Shown here piece by piece: positions 12,845 to 27,874 of a stretch of DNA of 64,000 nt. Positions within the stretch are counted from its first letter, which is position 1, and the number at the start of each line of letters is the position of its first letter. A program made the translations under genes and the position numbers. Under the pieces are notes generated by a model. It worked only from the letters and a program-made list of their open reading frames with translations, was not told the DNA's origin and did no database searches. The stretch comes from Octopus vulgaris (taxonomy: Eukaryota). The stretch covers positions 41,292,001 through 41,356,000 of the forward strand of contig OX597833.1 in assembly GCA_951406725.2 (NCBI GenBank). Reading direction: 5' to 3'.

Positions 12845-15800
12845 ATGTGTGTGTTTGTGTGTCTGTGTTTGTCCCCCTAGCATTGCTTGACAACCGATGC
12901 TGGTGTGTTTACGTCCCCATCTCTTAGCGGTTCAGCAAAAGAGACCGATAGAATAAGTACTGGGCTTACAAAGAATAAGTCTCGGGGTCGATTTGCTCGA
13001 CTAAAGGCGGTGCTCCAGCATGGTCGCAATCAAATGACTGAAACAAGTAAAAGAGTAAAAGAGAGAGGTGTTATTAATCTAACTTAATTTCTGTTTGGTC
13101 GCTCAAAAGCTCAAAATAACAGCCAAATCTTTCTCAAACCACACCCTGCGATCTTTAAAAAGGAACAACACATTAGATGCTGTAGTGTTAGACAAAGTTT
13201 GAGTGAAGCAAAAATTGATGAACTGAAACGTCTTTGATCAGTCTGTTGGATAGCTGGGGTTAAACACCACTAACTACCATTTACATGGTTGCTTGTCCTG
13301 TTAGCAGCCAAATTTTTCTCAATTACACCTTACCAAATGACTGAAACAAATAAAGAATAAAAGAAAAAAAAACAGAACTGAAAGTAAAATAACTCAAAAT
13401 CTATATTCATTACAGACCGTTTATCGTTTCTTCAACGTTGAAATTATGTCCATCTTCGTCGAAATTAGAATTCAGAATATAATCCATTTTCACTTAACAA
13501 AACACACTGAAATAGATAATTAAAAATATTTTGTACCAATTAGAATATGGAGGGGTATGTGTAAAAATACCTCATTTTATAGTAACTTAGTAAAATTTTT
13601 TAATTAATCTAAAAAGTTACGTGGGAATCAGAGGTAAGGGAGACAACTTGTAATACGAGACATATTTCTGATGAGTGATTTTGCTCTTCCTTTTTTCCAA
13701 GCAATAAATGAACACACTTATACAGCTAATTATATAAGGCGTTTATCATTATTTCGATAAGCGCGATGATGGTTATGTTTTGTTAATAATGAAGGGGTTG
13801 CTGAAAGATAAAAATCATTAACTAATATTGGCTTTGTTTTTCTTTCCTTCTCAAAATATACTCTTATTATTAATTCCAGTTAATATCTTTTAATGTCCCA
13901 TGCATTAAGTATGCTAATACAAACCTAAAATATAATAGAGCTTAATAGATATCTACAGTATGAAAGAGAAAGTCAACGTCATAGGATCAACGGTACTCGA
14001 GTTGTGTCCCTTGAAGCATACATCGCTCCTTGATATTATCATGATTGATGAATTTCCCTTTGGCTTACTAACATTTAAATTTAAGGGAAAAAAAGATTCT
14101 TGGAAGAAGTAGTATGTAGTTAATCTTTTCTACTCCAGGCACAAGGCCCGAAATTTTGGGGAAGGATGCTAGTCGATTAGATCTACACCAGTATGCAACT
14201 GGTACTTAATTTATCGACCCCGAAAGGGTGGAAGGCAAAGTTGACCTCGGTGGAATTTGAACTCAGAAAGTAAAGATAAACGAAATACCTATTTCTTTAC
14301 TACCCACAAGGAACTAAACACAGAGAGCACAAGCAAGGACAGACAAACGGATTAAGTCGATTATATCGACCCCAGTGCGTAACTGGTACTTATTTAATCG
14401 ACCACGAAAGGATGAAAGGCAAAGTTGACCTCGGCGGAATTTGAACTCAGAACGTAACGGCAGACGAAATAGGGCTACGCATTTCGCCCGGCGTGCTAAT
14501 GTTTCTGCCAGCTCGCCACCTTAAGTAGTATGTAGACAAAGTAAAAATAATGTACTGAATGTCTTTGAACTGAAGATTTCAAAGCTAGTAATCCAATAGG
14601 GACTCCACTCAGCCATTGTATAATATATTCATTCTGTTTTTTGCTGTCTTAATTAACTTTAGAAAAAAAAAAATAATGATGATGATGATGTGTATCTGTT
14701 ATTTATCTGTGTTCAAATCACTGTCAACTTCTAGAGTCTCAAATACCGAATGTATTGCTTTCTTTAAATGCGTAGTCTTCTGCCCCAATACAAAATTAGC
14801 ATTATTGACTGTCCATTATTTCTTAGTATTATTGACTGCCCAATGTTTCTTAAATGTCAAAATGACACAGGGGAAAGGAGATTCACACCTTAAGTGTCAA
14901 AATGACATCAGAGGAAGAGAGACTCACATCAAATTCATTAATATTAGCATAATAATCACATTACTGAATACTGGTCTTTGAATTCACTTGTTTTAATTTC
15001 TTGTTCATAATATCCACTATTTTCTCCAAACTTCCATATTCTACTGTGATATTAAACCTATATGCAGACTGATATTTGTTTCAAGTTTTAGCACAAGGCC
15101 GGCAATTTTAGAGAGAGGGGATAAATCAATTACATAGTTGCTAGTGCTCAACTGATAGTAATTTTATCAACCTTGAGAGGATTAAAGGCAAAGTCAACCT
15201 CAGTGGAATTTGAACCCAGAATGTAAAGAACCAGAAGAAATGCTGTTAAGCATTTGGTCCAACATGCTAACACTTCTACCAGCTTGCTACCTTACAGGTA
15301 CACTGGTGTTAAACTGCATACACTACATTGATATCAAACTAAATATGCCACACACTGATATCAAATGACATATCTCACCATATACAACAGATCAGTATTA
15401 AACCATCTATGGCCATATTGATATTAAAATATATTGTGTGATCACATGACTGACCAGGCAATCAGATGTTGTTACACATCACTGAGTACAATGCGTTTTT
15501 GCATTGTTTTAGCATTCAAATGATGCCACCCCACTGGCTAGGCGAGCAGGCCAACATTCCCCATTGACCGAAAGGGGGACTAGAGCAACGTAAAATCAAG
15601 TGTCTTGCTCATAACACAACACACCACCAAATCAGGGAATTGAACCCACAATCTAGCAATCATGAGTGCTACAGCCTAACCACTAGGCCATGTGCCTTCA
15701 CTATATACCATACTAATATTAAACTACATATGAATACACTGATATCAAACCCTTAAAAAACCAGTTCATCTACCAGTCTGGTTGCATTATGTATGAGAGG

Positions 15801-17589
15801 AGTAAATTCAATGAATAGTTACTGATACTTATTTCATCTACTCTGAAGAGATGAAGCATAATGCTAACATTCCCAAGCACATAATTTCAGGTTTAGTCCC
15901 ACAGCATAGCACTGTGAACAAGTGTCTTTCTACTATAGCCTCAGGCCAACCAAAGACTTGTGAGTGGATTTGGTAGGCAGAAACTGAAAGAAGGTGGCGA
16001 GCTGGCAGAAACGTTAGCATGAAAGGGGAAATGCTTAGTGGTATTTCGTCTGTCTTTATGTTCTGAGTTCAAATTCCACCGAGGCCGACTTTGCCTTTCA
16101 TCCTTTCAGGGTCGATAAATTAAGTACCAGTTGTGTATTGAGGTCGATCTAATCGACTTAATCCCTTTGTCTGTCTCCTGTATGTTTAGCCCCTTGAGGG
16201 CAATAAAGAAATAAGAAACTGAAAGAACCCTGTCATGTGTGTGTTTGTGTGTGTGTGCATGCGTGTGTTACTATCTCCATGCCTTGATATCATGTGATAG
16301 TCATAAGCAGAGAGTCACCGACACACAAGCAGTATCATTCATTTCCAATCTGCAACAGAAATATATCTGAGCCATGAGCCATGGGGAAATATTACCTTGC
16401 TTGGAAATAGGTGAGTGTTGGCAACAGGAAGGGCATCCAGCCATAGAAAATCTATCTCAACAAATTCTATCTGATCCATGAAAGCATTGAAAAATGGATG
16501 TGAAAATAATTATTGCTGCTGCTGATGATGATGATGATGATGAATGTAAAAACATAATAGTAAATATTACCCAGATACATAGTGTGATGCTGAAGAGAAC
16601 TTCAAGAAACTAGATATCCTCAAAAATTCCTTCAGTTGCCAACAAAAAGTCTTTCATAGACATTCCATAACTGAAGAAAACTTTGTAATAAACTTTTGAG
16701 TTTGCATGCCTTAGTACATTGCTAACTGGAATTGGTTACTAAATAATACTGCCAAGTCACAGACAACCAACCATTGCATGAACAGACATAATACTACCTA
16801 TTTCTTTACTACCCACAAGGGGCTAAACACAGAGAGGACAAACAAGGACAGACAAATGGATTAAGTGGATTATATCGACCCCAGTGCGCAACTGAATACT
16901 ACTATCATCATCATCATCTGCTTTTCATCTTTTCAGGATCAATAAATTGAGGAGTACCAGTTCAGTACTGGGGTCGATGCATTCAAGTATCTACCTTCCC
17001 CAAATTTCAGGCCTTGTGCCTATAGTAAAAAGGATTATTATTATTATTATATTATTACTATGGTGGTGAGCTGGCAGAATCGTTAGCACACTGGATGAAA
17101 TGCTTAGTGGCATTTCACCTGTCACTATGTTCAGAGTTCAAATTCTGCCAGAGGTGACTTTGCCTTTCATCCTTTCAGAGTTGATAAATTAAGTACCAGT
17201 GAAACACTGGGGTCAATGTAATCGACTGGTCCCCCTCCTCCTAAATTCCAGGCTCTGTGCCTATTATTATGGCAGTAAGCTGGGAGAATCAACACACCAG
17301 ACTAAGCAATATTTAACCCGTTTTAATATTTTGAGTTCCAATTCCACCGAAGTCGACTTTGCCTCTCATCCTTTTGAGGTCAACAAAATGAGTACTAGGG
17401 GATCAATGTAATTGACTTACTCTCCCTCTTGAAATTGCTGGCCTTGTGCCTAAATTTGAAATTAATAATATAAAGTACCTGTCAAATATAGGGGTTGATG
17501 ATAATAATTTACCCTTTCCCCTCCAAAATTGCTGGCTTTTTCCTAAATTAGAAACAATCATAACTATCATTATTATTATTATTATTATT

Positions 17590-18430
17590 GGGGGAGAGAG
17601 CAGTGCATGCCATCAAAGCGACATTGGGGTATAAATATACAAAGCCCAATATACTCATCATGATTACCCGTCTGATAAGGGTACACTAGGCACATGCATC
17701 ACAACCATATGTGTGCGACATGATGATCTCATATCAAGATAAACAGTACATGACCTTGAAGGTGGGGCCCAGTTAAAATTTTCTTCTGGTTGAGTAACCC
17801 ATCCTGCTCAAAAGGTCCCCGAATAAGGTTTGTTTAAGGATGATGAACAAAACACCCATGTTTCCAGAGGTGAATTATTAATTATTATTATTATTATTAT
17901 TATTATTATCATTATTATTATAATTGTTATTATTATTATTATTATTATTGAGTGATAGAGCAGTGATTGCCATCAAAGGGACATTGGGGTATAAATATAC
18001 AAAGCCCAATATACTCATCATGATTACCCATCTGATAAGGGTACACCAGGCACATGCATCACCATCATATGTGTGCGACATGGTGAGCTCATATCAAGAT
18101 AAACAATGCATGACCTTGCAGGTGGGGGCCCAGTTCGTATTTTCTTCAGGTTGAGTAGCCCATCCTGCTCAAAAGGTCCCCGAATAAGGTTTGTTTAAGG
18201 ATGATGAACGAAACACCCTTGTTACCCGAAATGAATTATTCAAGCCCCAAAAGATTTCTCTCTACACATGGCTATGACGCTCTTCCACTACTTCTACTCA
18301 TGATCAGAGATGCACATATTGCCAGCCACTAAGGGACATGCTCAAGTGGTTACGGTCAAGCAACTGACAAACAAATCTGTGGTATTGAACAAAATATTTG
18401 CTGTAGCCCATCTTTTATATGAAAATAAAA
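17590..18430. mobile_element. Repeat family E inserted in (ATT)n tracts, two tandem copies
   Basis: 17590-17875 and 17950-18430 are near-identical; a reverse-complement copy lies at about 37120-37545; always bounded by (ATT)n. Confidence 0.75.
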
Positions 18431-20369
18431 CATGTTTATTATTATCATTGTTATTAAGGTGGTGGATAGCAGAATCAGGGGAACAATGGGAAAATGCCTT
18501 CCATTTCTTCCACCACTTTATGTTCTGGTTTCAAATCATACCAAGGCCAACTTTATTTATTATCCCTCCAAGGTTGATAAAATAAAGTACCAGTCAAGTA
18601 CTGGGATCAATGACATATTCCTTTAAATTGCTGGCTTTGTGCCTAAATTAGAAACAATTACTGTCATTATTATTAGGGTGGTGTAAGATAGTGAGCTATT
18701 AAAATCAGTAGAACACTGTACAAAATGCTTAGTGGCATATCATTCATCTTTATGTTATGGGTTGAAGTTTCAACCTTGCTTTTATCCTTGTGAGGTCCAA
18801 AAACAAGTACCAGCTGAGCACCGGAATCAATGTAGTCAAATTCCCTACCCATCAAAATCGCTGAACTTGTACCAAAATAAGAAAAGATTATTTGGTGCCA
18901 CATAACAGACAACTAGCACACTGAAAAGTGGTTGGTGTTAGGTAGGGCATCAAGCCATAGAAATTATGCTAAAACTATTGGCTAGAGCCTGGTGCAGCCC
19001 TCTGGCTTGCCAGCTCCTGTCAAACCATCCAACCCATACTAGCATGGAAAACAGATGTTAAATTAAAATGATGATAATGATGATGATGATGGATGGAGTA
19101 GCAGAATAGTTGGAGCACAGAAACAAAATGCCTTATGGCATCGGCATTTGCTTTAACTTTTTGCATTCTGAGTTCAAATTACAACGAATTCACACTCCTC
19201 AAAATCATTATTGGCCTTGTGTCTACATCCAAAACAAATTATTGATAAAATGAATTACCAAACAAGTATTGGAGTCAATGGAAACAACTAAACCCCTCCT
19301 CTCAAAATTTCTTGCTCTGTGCCTAAATCAGAAACAACAAAAACAACCACCACTAACTACTATCATTTGATAAAATAAAGTACTCAAGTACTGTGGCTGA
19401 TATAAAATTGCTGTGCCAAAATTTGAAAGAATCATTATTACACGAATTCAAAGGGTGTTAGTAGTATCAACTAATTCACTCTCCTCAAAATTGTTGGCCT
19501 TTACCAAAGATATTCCAGTCATTCCTTTCCCATCTTATTTCTTGACATAGTGTATCTATACATTATCCCTTGTATCCCTCCTTTTTCAAAACAGGGTATT
19601 ATTTGAGGATAATTTAGCTGCTATTTCTAGCAAGCTGGGAGACCACATAATTATAATGATGTCTTTATAATAATAATAATGATGATGATAATCCTTTCTA
19701 CTATAGACACAAGGCCTGAAATTTTGAGGAAGGGGTTAAGTCGATTACATTGACCCCAGTACTCAACTGCTACTTATCCCGAATGGATGAAAGGCAAAGT
19801 CAACCTTGGCAGAATTTGAAGTCAGAACATAAGGATGGACGAAATACCACTAAGCATTTTGCCCAGCATGCTAATGTTTCTACCAGCTCAGGTTTCTCAG
19901 TTTGCTAGAAACAGCAGCCAAATTATCAGTTCAGTCAAAGCTGAACAAGTATACTAGTACACTATTATCAATAATATCACCTCGACTCTATTAATATTAG
20001 TATCAGTACATTTACTCTGTCCTGAACTCACTAACATCTAGTGTATGTCACATGTATGTAGGAATTTAAACATTCCATATTTAAAATTAATAACCATAAT
20101 TGAAAATGGGTTTGTCATCAACATTCCTTAATCAGCATAGCTATAACAAAAGAAAACTTACTATACTATGATTAGTAAATGTGCAAAACAAGTGGAGGAC
20201 AGGTGGGTGGTAGGTGATGATAATGATGATGATGACAATGATTGCAATAATTATAATGAGGTAAAAGAGGAGAACAAATAAAAAGGAAAAGTTGTTTTTT
20301 TTACTTTTCAGTAGGTAGCTGGAAATTTTATAAGGGTGCAAGTATAGACAATTGAAATGACCGCTATAC

Positions 20370-21250
20370 ATTCAAAATTACTAATTTTTTTAATTCAGAA
20401 CACTGAAACACAAAAGAATGAAACTAAATTCTGTGCCTCACTATATATCTGCCAAATCTCATTGGACCTCTACATTTCTATAACAAATACTGACCAATCA
20501 TCTCTCTATATTTACATCTATGAACATTGACCAATCACTTCTCTCTGTATCTCTATAACAATACTGACTAATTACCTCTCTGTACATCTATATGTTAATA
20601 CTAAACAACTACTTCTCCCTATCTACATTCTTGTATTACTTTTCTTCATTTGCATCATTAACTGATCATCTCTTTCACAATAACCCTCTCGATTGAATAT
20701 AAAGACACATTACTTCGTCCCCTACCAATGACTAACCCTCTATAAGCTCAAATAAGACATACAATGGAGCACTTACTTCGCCTACATCTGAAATGGTGCT
20801 GCAACAACACTCAAACAAGCATCCTAGATTGCATCTCAAAAAGTGGCCACCTGACTAACTGGCATCAAATCATTCACCAACACACTCCAGCCTCTGGTCT
20901 ACAATTATGCTGTCCCCTTTTCTACTGCTAACTAAATGACCACTATTCCTAAGAGCTGAGTAGTCATGCAACTACATTCACTCTATCTCACTCATCTCTT
21001 TTCCCTACCACTTATATTGTATCCCCTCTCCATCTCCAAAGCCCTCACTAACCAGTATGGTTAGCCCTCACTATGGCTAGTACAGTCTCTCCCAAAATCA
21101 TCCCTCTGAAATTTTGACTTTTTTTCTTGCAGTTATCAATTTACAACTTGAAGAGGACTATTAACAGCATTATCACCAGTTTCTGAAGAATATGAAAGTC
21201 ACATCCATACTACTAGTCATCTCTGCAACACACATCAGTTGAAAACCTTC
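20370..21250 (+). mobile_element. Ancient Penelope-like element remnant
   Basis: Decayed ..FRTLKHKRM.. resembles the GIY-YIG C-terminus, followed by a C/T-rich tail; weak evidence. Confidence 0.3.
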
Positions 21251-21482
21251 ACATCCAGCTGCTCTCTCAACTCAATTGGACATGGTGCCCATTTCTCCTA
21301 ACCATGTTAAATTACACTTCTTCAACATGATTTACAAACAGGGATTCAGTTCCCTGAATTTCTTCCATCTTTTATTTTAACCAAGCTTTCTTCTACTTTC
21401 AAGCCTGGTCTATCTGTTTGAGCATTTATGAACATTTATCAGACATGCTGGTTGTAGTATTCAGTTTTCCATTTCAGTTTAC

Positions 21483-21581
21483 AATTCTTTTAATACTTTC
21501 TGATCATTAATAATTTGTCTTTGCTGGTTAATTTGATTACTTTTTCCTGCAAGAGGACAAACTTGTTTACCTGGGTAACAG
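21483..21581 (-). CDS. Candidate 5' exon of the PROSER3-like gene
   Basis: ttatttcag|C-CYPGKQVCPLAGKSNQINQQRQIINDQKVLKE..; joins in phase to the 23291-23337 exon; the gtaaac donor is uncertain. Confidence 0.4.
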
Positions 21582-23290
21582 CTGAAATAATTATTTGATT
21601 CACTACCATACCAACGTTAAGTATATTTTACAGAGAAACCCCCCCCCCCCACTAGAGCTGTAGTTTAGCCAGTTCGAATTTACATGGAACCAATGGGCTA
21701 AGATGAATAGCAGAAACCTTGTATGTACCCAGCATTTATTTGTCTTTTCCCCCATTCGATAAGCTCAGAATTCAACATCCTAAAGTGGCAAGATTTTAAG
21801 AATGCTTGTATTCTTTATTACTTTAGCATCAAACATGCACCTGATACAGCTACCAAGTAACCTTACTTTGGAACCATCCAGACCGCAGGCAGAGGGTTGT
21901 TACTGCCTAAATGCCATTTAGACCATTCTTTTGATTATTGTCTCTTTTGACAATAATCAAAAGAATGGTCTAAATGCCATTTTAGACATTTTAGAAACAG
22001 CTGATACCTCTAATACTGAACCTTGAGATCACTCTACCTACACACTCAGACTAACCGCTATTGACGAAGGAAAATACGAATACAAACAAGCACCTATACA
22101 TCCTTAATAGTAAGACAAAAATGTACTTAAAGGCATTTTTTAAAGCTTGCGATTAACAGATGCGTTCTCTATGCTTGGCGGTCCATACACACTCCACCTA
22201 ACTTCCCTTACAAGAATGAATGAAGAATGTCAACAAACTTTTGAAGCCACTTCGAAGAGTGGGTGAGAATAAAGCTTAAGTCGTACACCCATGAAAACGA
22301 GTTTTGGTACTTAACGAGTTGAATGTGTACGTTCTGAAACTGCATGTCTACACTTTGAAGTCCAACATTACATTTCCAAGTGGCATGTCTACACTCTGAA
22401 TTTGAGTATGTATCCACTGAAGCAGCATGTGTACATACCCGAAGTCGCATATGTACTTATTGAAATCGAGTATTTACACTACAGTTGCTTCTGTATATTT
22501 TTATTTGCCCCAGAGCATTCTAAAATCGAGAGTTCACGCTCTATATTCGATTGTTTTCACAAAAAAAGTCCATCTCATTATTTATATTTTAAAATGTGTT
22601 TATAATTTTTTTTTAATACTCATTAGTAGCGTGATCTCTGCAGATTAGAGATGAATCAACAAGTTTCTGATGCATTCAATTAGTTACTTTCGTTTATTTA
22701 CCCAGTATGGTTAATATATCTAGCTTTAAAAACCCAGCTATCTAAATGTGTATTCGTTTGTTTTGTTTTACGGCAGAGTCTAGCTGGCAGAAACGTTAGC
22801 GCGCCAGGCGAAATGCTTAGCAGTATTTCGTCTGTTGTTACGTTCTGAGTTCAAATTCCGCCGAGGTCGACTTTGCCTTCCATAAATAAAGTACCCGTTT
22901 CGCACTGGGGTCTATGTAATCGACTTAATCCCTTTGTCTGTCCTTGTTTGTCCACCCTTATGTTTAGCCCCTTGTGGGCAGTAAAGAAATATATCTTAAT
23001 CATTCTGATGTGTATATTTGTTAATTAGCATTATATGAAAACTCGCTGTTAAAATACAATACTGCAGAAGTTATGGAATTCCCTTATCTGTATCCGTATC
23101 GGACCGTACTAATGCGATATAATCATTCATGCTTTAATAAACTCTTTAACATGGAAATTCCACAATATTCCGTGATCTAGCTTCATTACGCACGCAACTA
23201 ACAAGTTAAAACATGTTTACTGTTGCTAAAAGAAATAAAAGAAAAAGGAATCTTTTTTTATATATTAATTTAGCGATTATAAGAACTTAC

Positions 23291-23337
23291 TTATAAAAAT
23301 TTTGTTCCTTTTCTCTCTTAACTGATCGATTGACCAT
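23291..23337 (-). CDS. Candidate first coding exon (or uORF start) of the minus-strand gene
   Basis: agcATGg..MVNRSVKREKEQNFY+AA|GTAAGT with a consensus donor, next to CpG-retaining promoter-like sequence at about 23400-23520. Confidence 0.45.
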
Positions 23338-24585
23338 GCTTAGAAAATAATCTTATCAAATCAGTACAAATATATACAGTCAGAAATATATTTTCAAATT
23401 CGCGTATTTCGTGCGCCATGAACTTTTCTTCGAGAAAGTAGTAGTTACAAAAGTCGAAATGTGATCGCTGGAAAAAAAAACATAAAGCAGTACAGTAACG
23501 ATACGAAACGAAAGATTTTTTAATTTTTTAGGTAATATCGTTTCTGAAATAGCAATGCAAACACCGTTGTTATTATTATTATTTAACCAGATATGTTCTA
23601 ACAGAGCAAACCTATAATCAAAATAATTCCAGTTATAATCATTCCATCTTTTTAAGAGTATCTAAAACTAATACAGTCTAAAGTATATATTTTTTATAAG
23701 ACGATAGGGCATGATTTGAGGGAGATTTGGCTTCTATTTCTGACAGGGCGAGTAATCAAGTAAAGGTTCCCTCATTGTCATTGTTAAATAAGCTACTGAG
23801 ATCTCGACGAGCTGAAAATGCGACCTGACTTAAGAATGAAGCTAATTAACTAATGCTCTTCAGAAAGGATTGATAGTTAATTCATTGATTCATTCACATT
23901 TTTATACATTTGTAGTTTTTTTATAAGTCGAAATATTGATTTTGTGATTTGTTTCCAGAAACATAATATCTAAGGTTTAAAACATGTAATTCAGAAAGAA
24001 AATCTTTTCGAAAAATATCAGAAAATGTTACGCATAATTTAAACAAAAGTGAGCTGAGAGTGGCCAGTGGCATGTATTTGAACAACATAGACAAATGCGG
24101 GTATATCAAATACCATACAACATAAATTCTCGATTTTTTATATATATATTCCAATTACCTCCAGCTCGACATTTATCACAGTTAGCAAATGGCAATTAAA
24201 ACCAGCTCCACTTGAGAAAGGGGTATAATCTCAAGAGTCAAGAATTTTCTCCAAAATTGACATGCCATTAAGGAAAAAGACAAGCGTATTGTCTACAGGT
24301 AAGAGGACAGTCGTGGATTCGTGTTTCTACCTCAATAAATGTCATCATCATGACAGTTGTCCAAACTTATCTCCAGCAGCCAACGGACATACGCAAAAAG
24401 AGTTGAAGACATTTACGACCAAGGTAATTTACATAAATTAAGCAAAAATGAGCTAAGAGAATTAACAAACACATTCTTTTCTGGAGCTACAGTATATACA
24501 TTGAATCTCATCTAAAACGCCACACCTTTGCTATCCAGTAACTGGAGATAGCTACTAAATATATGATCAATAAAAGAGTGTAGCG

Positions 24586-25552
<967 letters not shown>

Positions 25553-25689
25553 TTATACTAATTTATTCTTTTCGTATTTATTGTAATCGACCATGTGGTG
25601 TATTAAAGAAGCCATTCATCGTCACCTCTCCTTCGCACGGTCGTTCTACAAGAGATAAGGATGCATCTGGACCTCCATGTTGTGTTGGA

Positions 25690-25990
25690 AAATGTCGATT
25701 GTCACAAACCAGAATAAATATCAGCAGCTGTCCAAAAGAGTCCACAAATACTATCTTCTCATAAGATACGACATCGTCTCTGAAGACATTTACGATGTTA
25801 TACACAAGAAGGATTGTCCTGATGGTCATACTAAAGGCCATACCAGAACCAGAATCTATTCCCACTTTTAAAAACAAAGAATAGCGGTGAAATATTCCAA
25901 TAAAAGTAGAAACTCTATATTGTTCAATGGGAAAAGAAGAAAAAGCCATACATTATTGTAAAGATCAGCCGCCCGCCAAATGATAAATAT
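25690..25990 (+). pseudogene. Decayed integrase/transposase fragment (KRBA2/Ginger-like, tentative)
   Basis: YYLLIRYDIVSEDIYDVIHKKD...GHTRTR resembles the HH zinc-binding region that precedes KRBA2/SCAND3-type integrases; stops and frameshifts present. Confidence 0.35.
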
Positions 25991-27299
25991 TTTATCGAAA
26001 ATTAGTGACAAAAGAAATATCTATGGATAATTACTTTAAAAGAAAAAAACTTATACCTCTTATACCCAGGTTATAGACTTTCATTCGGGCTTCTTATCAT
26101 AGGAGTACAGAGCTACGAAACAGATTTGCATAAAATCCTAGAAATGATGAGTTTCTCAAAAAAAGACATGAACATATGATTTACATTCTCTAAATACAGT
26201 CGATTAGTGGTACTGCGAAAATTTACAAAGCATTCCGGGCATTTGTAGTTTGAGGTTCCTAGACTAAACACATACATACAGTTACATGTACATATGGACT
26301 ATACACACAAAGATTCACATTCACAAATACACGAGCAGACATACATTTACAAAACACAACATAACTAGCAATGAAACACTCTTGTGTGCCAAAGTAACAT
26401 ATACTATCTGACTGCAAGCTTATTCATACGCGAGTATGCATGCACCGACCAATTCAGATATTCACAAATCCCAAAGACTGTCTTGACAAAAGAGCTTTGT
26501 CACTTTATCAATGACCGGTTTGAATTCTACAAAGGTAAAAATTTAAAGGAAAAATACATACACACACATTAAAAACCAATTAAGCTGAACAACATTGTGA
26601 ACACTATTCAACCATAGTTTCATTTATTATACAGACACACAGACATGTATGTGTATACATATGTACATCGTCATCGTCATAATTTTTATGTTCATTTTGC
26701 AAATTTTGATTTTTATGTAAAACCGCGCATTAAAACATATTTTGTTCCACTTTGAGAGATTATTTATTGTCAACAAAAAACATGCGCTCTGGTTATAATT
26801 CATATCTTTATTGTAAACCAATCCATTGCTTATATTGTTTTGATTGCCAAATATCTCTTTGACCTTCTCAATTAATTTCCCATTGGATCTGGTTTACTTC
26901 ATAAATGGTACTAAGTACTATTTTTGTTACCAAGCATGTTTTTATGCTATGTGTACGTTGTGGCCAAACTATAATAATTTGGCCAAACTTTGTCACACTC
27001 CTGTCACATTTTGTACAGCCTGCCTCTTGATTTGCTTTCAAAAAAGAATGTGTAGTGGATCTTGCATGCATGAAATGAATTCGATCCACCATAGCCAAAT
27101 TTAAATTAACACTGCAGCAGAACTTTTCTCACTGTGGAACAATGGTTTTTCTCTGACAGCAGTTTTACATTTTCCAGATGCCTTTAGCTAGGCCGAAATA
27201 ATGTCTCTACCACTTGACCCTTTCTAATCTCTTCTACTTCACCAAAAGCTAGAACAGAGATAACAAGACCACCAACTAAATCTATTGTTCTCAATAATA

Positions 27300-27804
27300 T
27301 GTTTATCCTTCTGAATAGTTATAAAAGCAAGAACACTCCGAGCAAAAATCAGTCGGTGAGTCCAGTTACATGGTGACGACTCAATCAGTTAGTCACTTCG
27401 GTAACAGCGAAGTCTGGCTGACCAGCTAGAACCTTGGTCAGAGGGAGAAATGAAGTTTACTGTCAGCAACTGTGAGGCAACACCCTACAACTCTCACTAG
27501 CTCTAATTCTGTTCTCTTACAACATCATTCTATCTTTCTCTGTAATTACTACTAAACAATGAAGAGGGCACAAACACAAACTTTACTTCGCATGCTTTTG
27601 GATTTATCATAACCTGCCCGTCGAGGCAAGGTATTGTAACGTAACGGTAAATAAATATTTCCTTAAAACTTCATGCATTGTTCATTTTTCACATCCTACA
27701 ACATGCAATTATAACAACAAATTTTTATCGTTGCAACTGTTGACTCGGACATTTCATCATATTGTTTACAAATCAATTTCTCCCGTTACAAGTGGTGACC
27801 CCGA
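27300..27804 (+). mobile_element. LTR retrotransposon 5' LTR + tRNA-Trp primer binding site (truncated, Gypsy-like)
   Basis: AATAAA at about 27650, LTR end GTTACA at 27790, then AG TGGTGACCCCGA, complementary to the 3' end of tRNA-Trp (..TCGGGGTCACCA). LTR start is approximate. Confidence 0.6.
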
Positions 27805-27874
27805 ACAAGAGAATTGCAGCCTTCCCCAGAACCAACCATTACATTCCGGTGAAAGCTAGTGTTTCTTTTTGACT

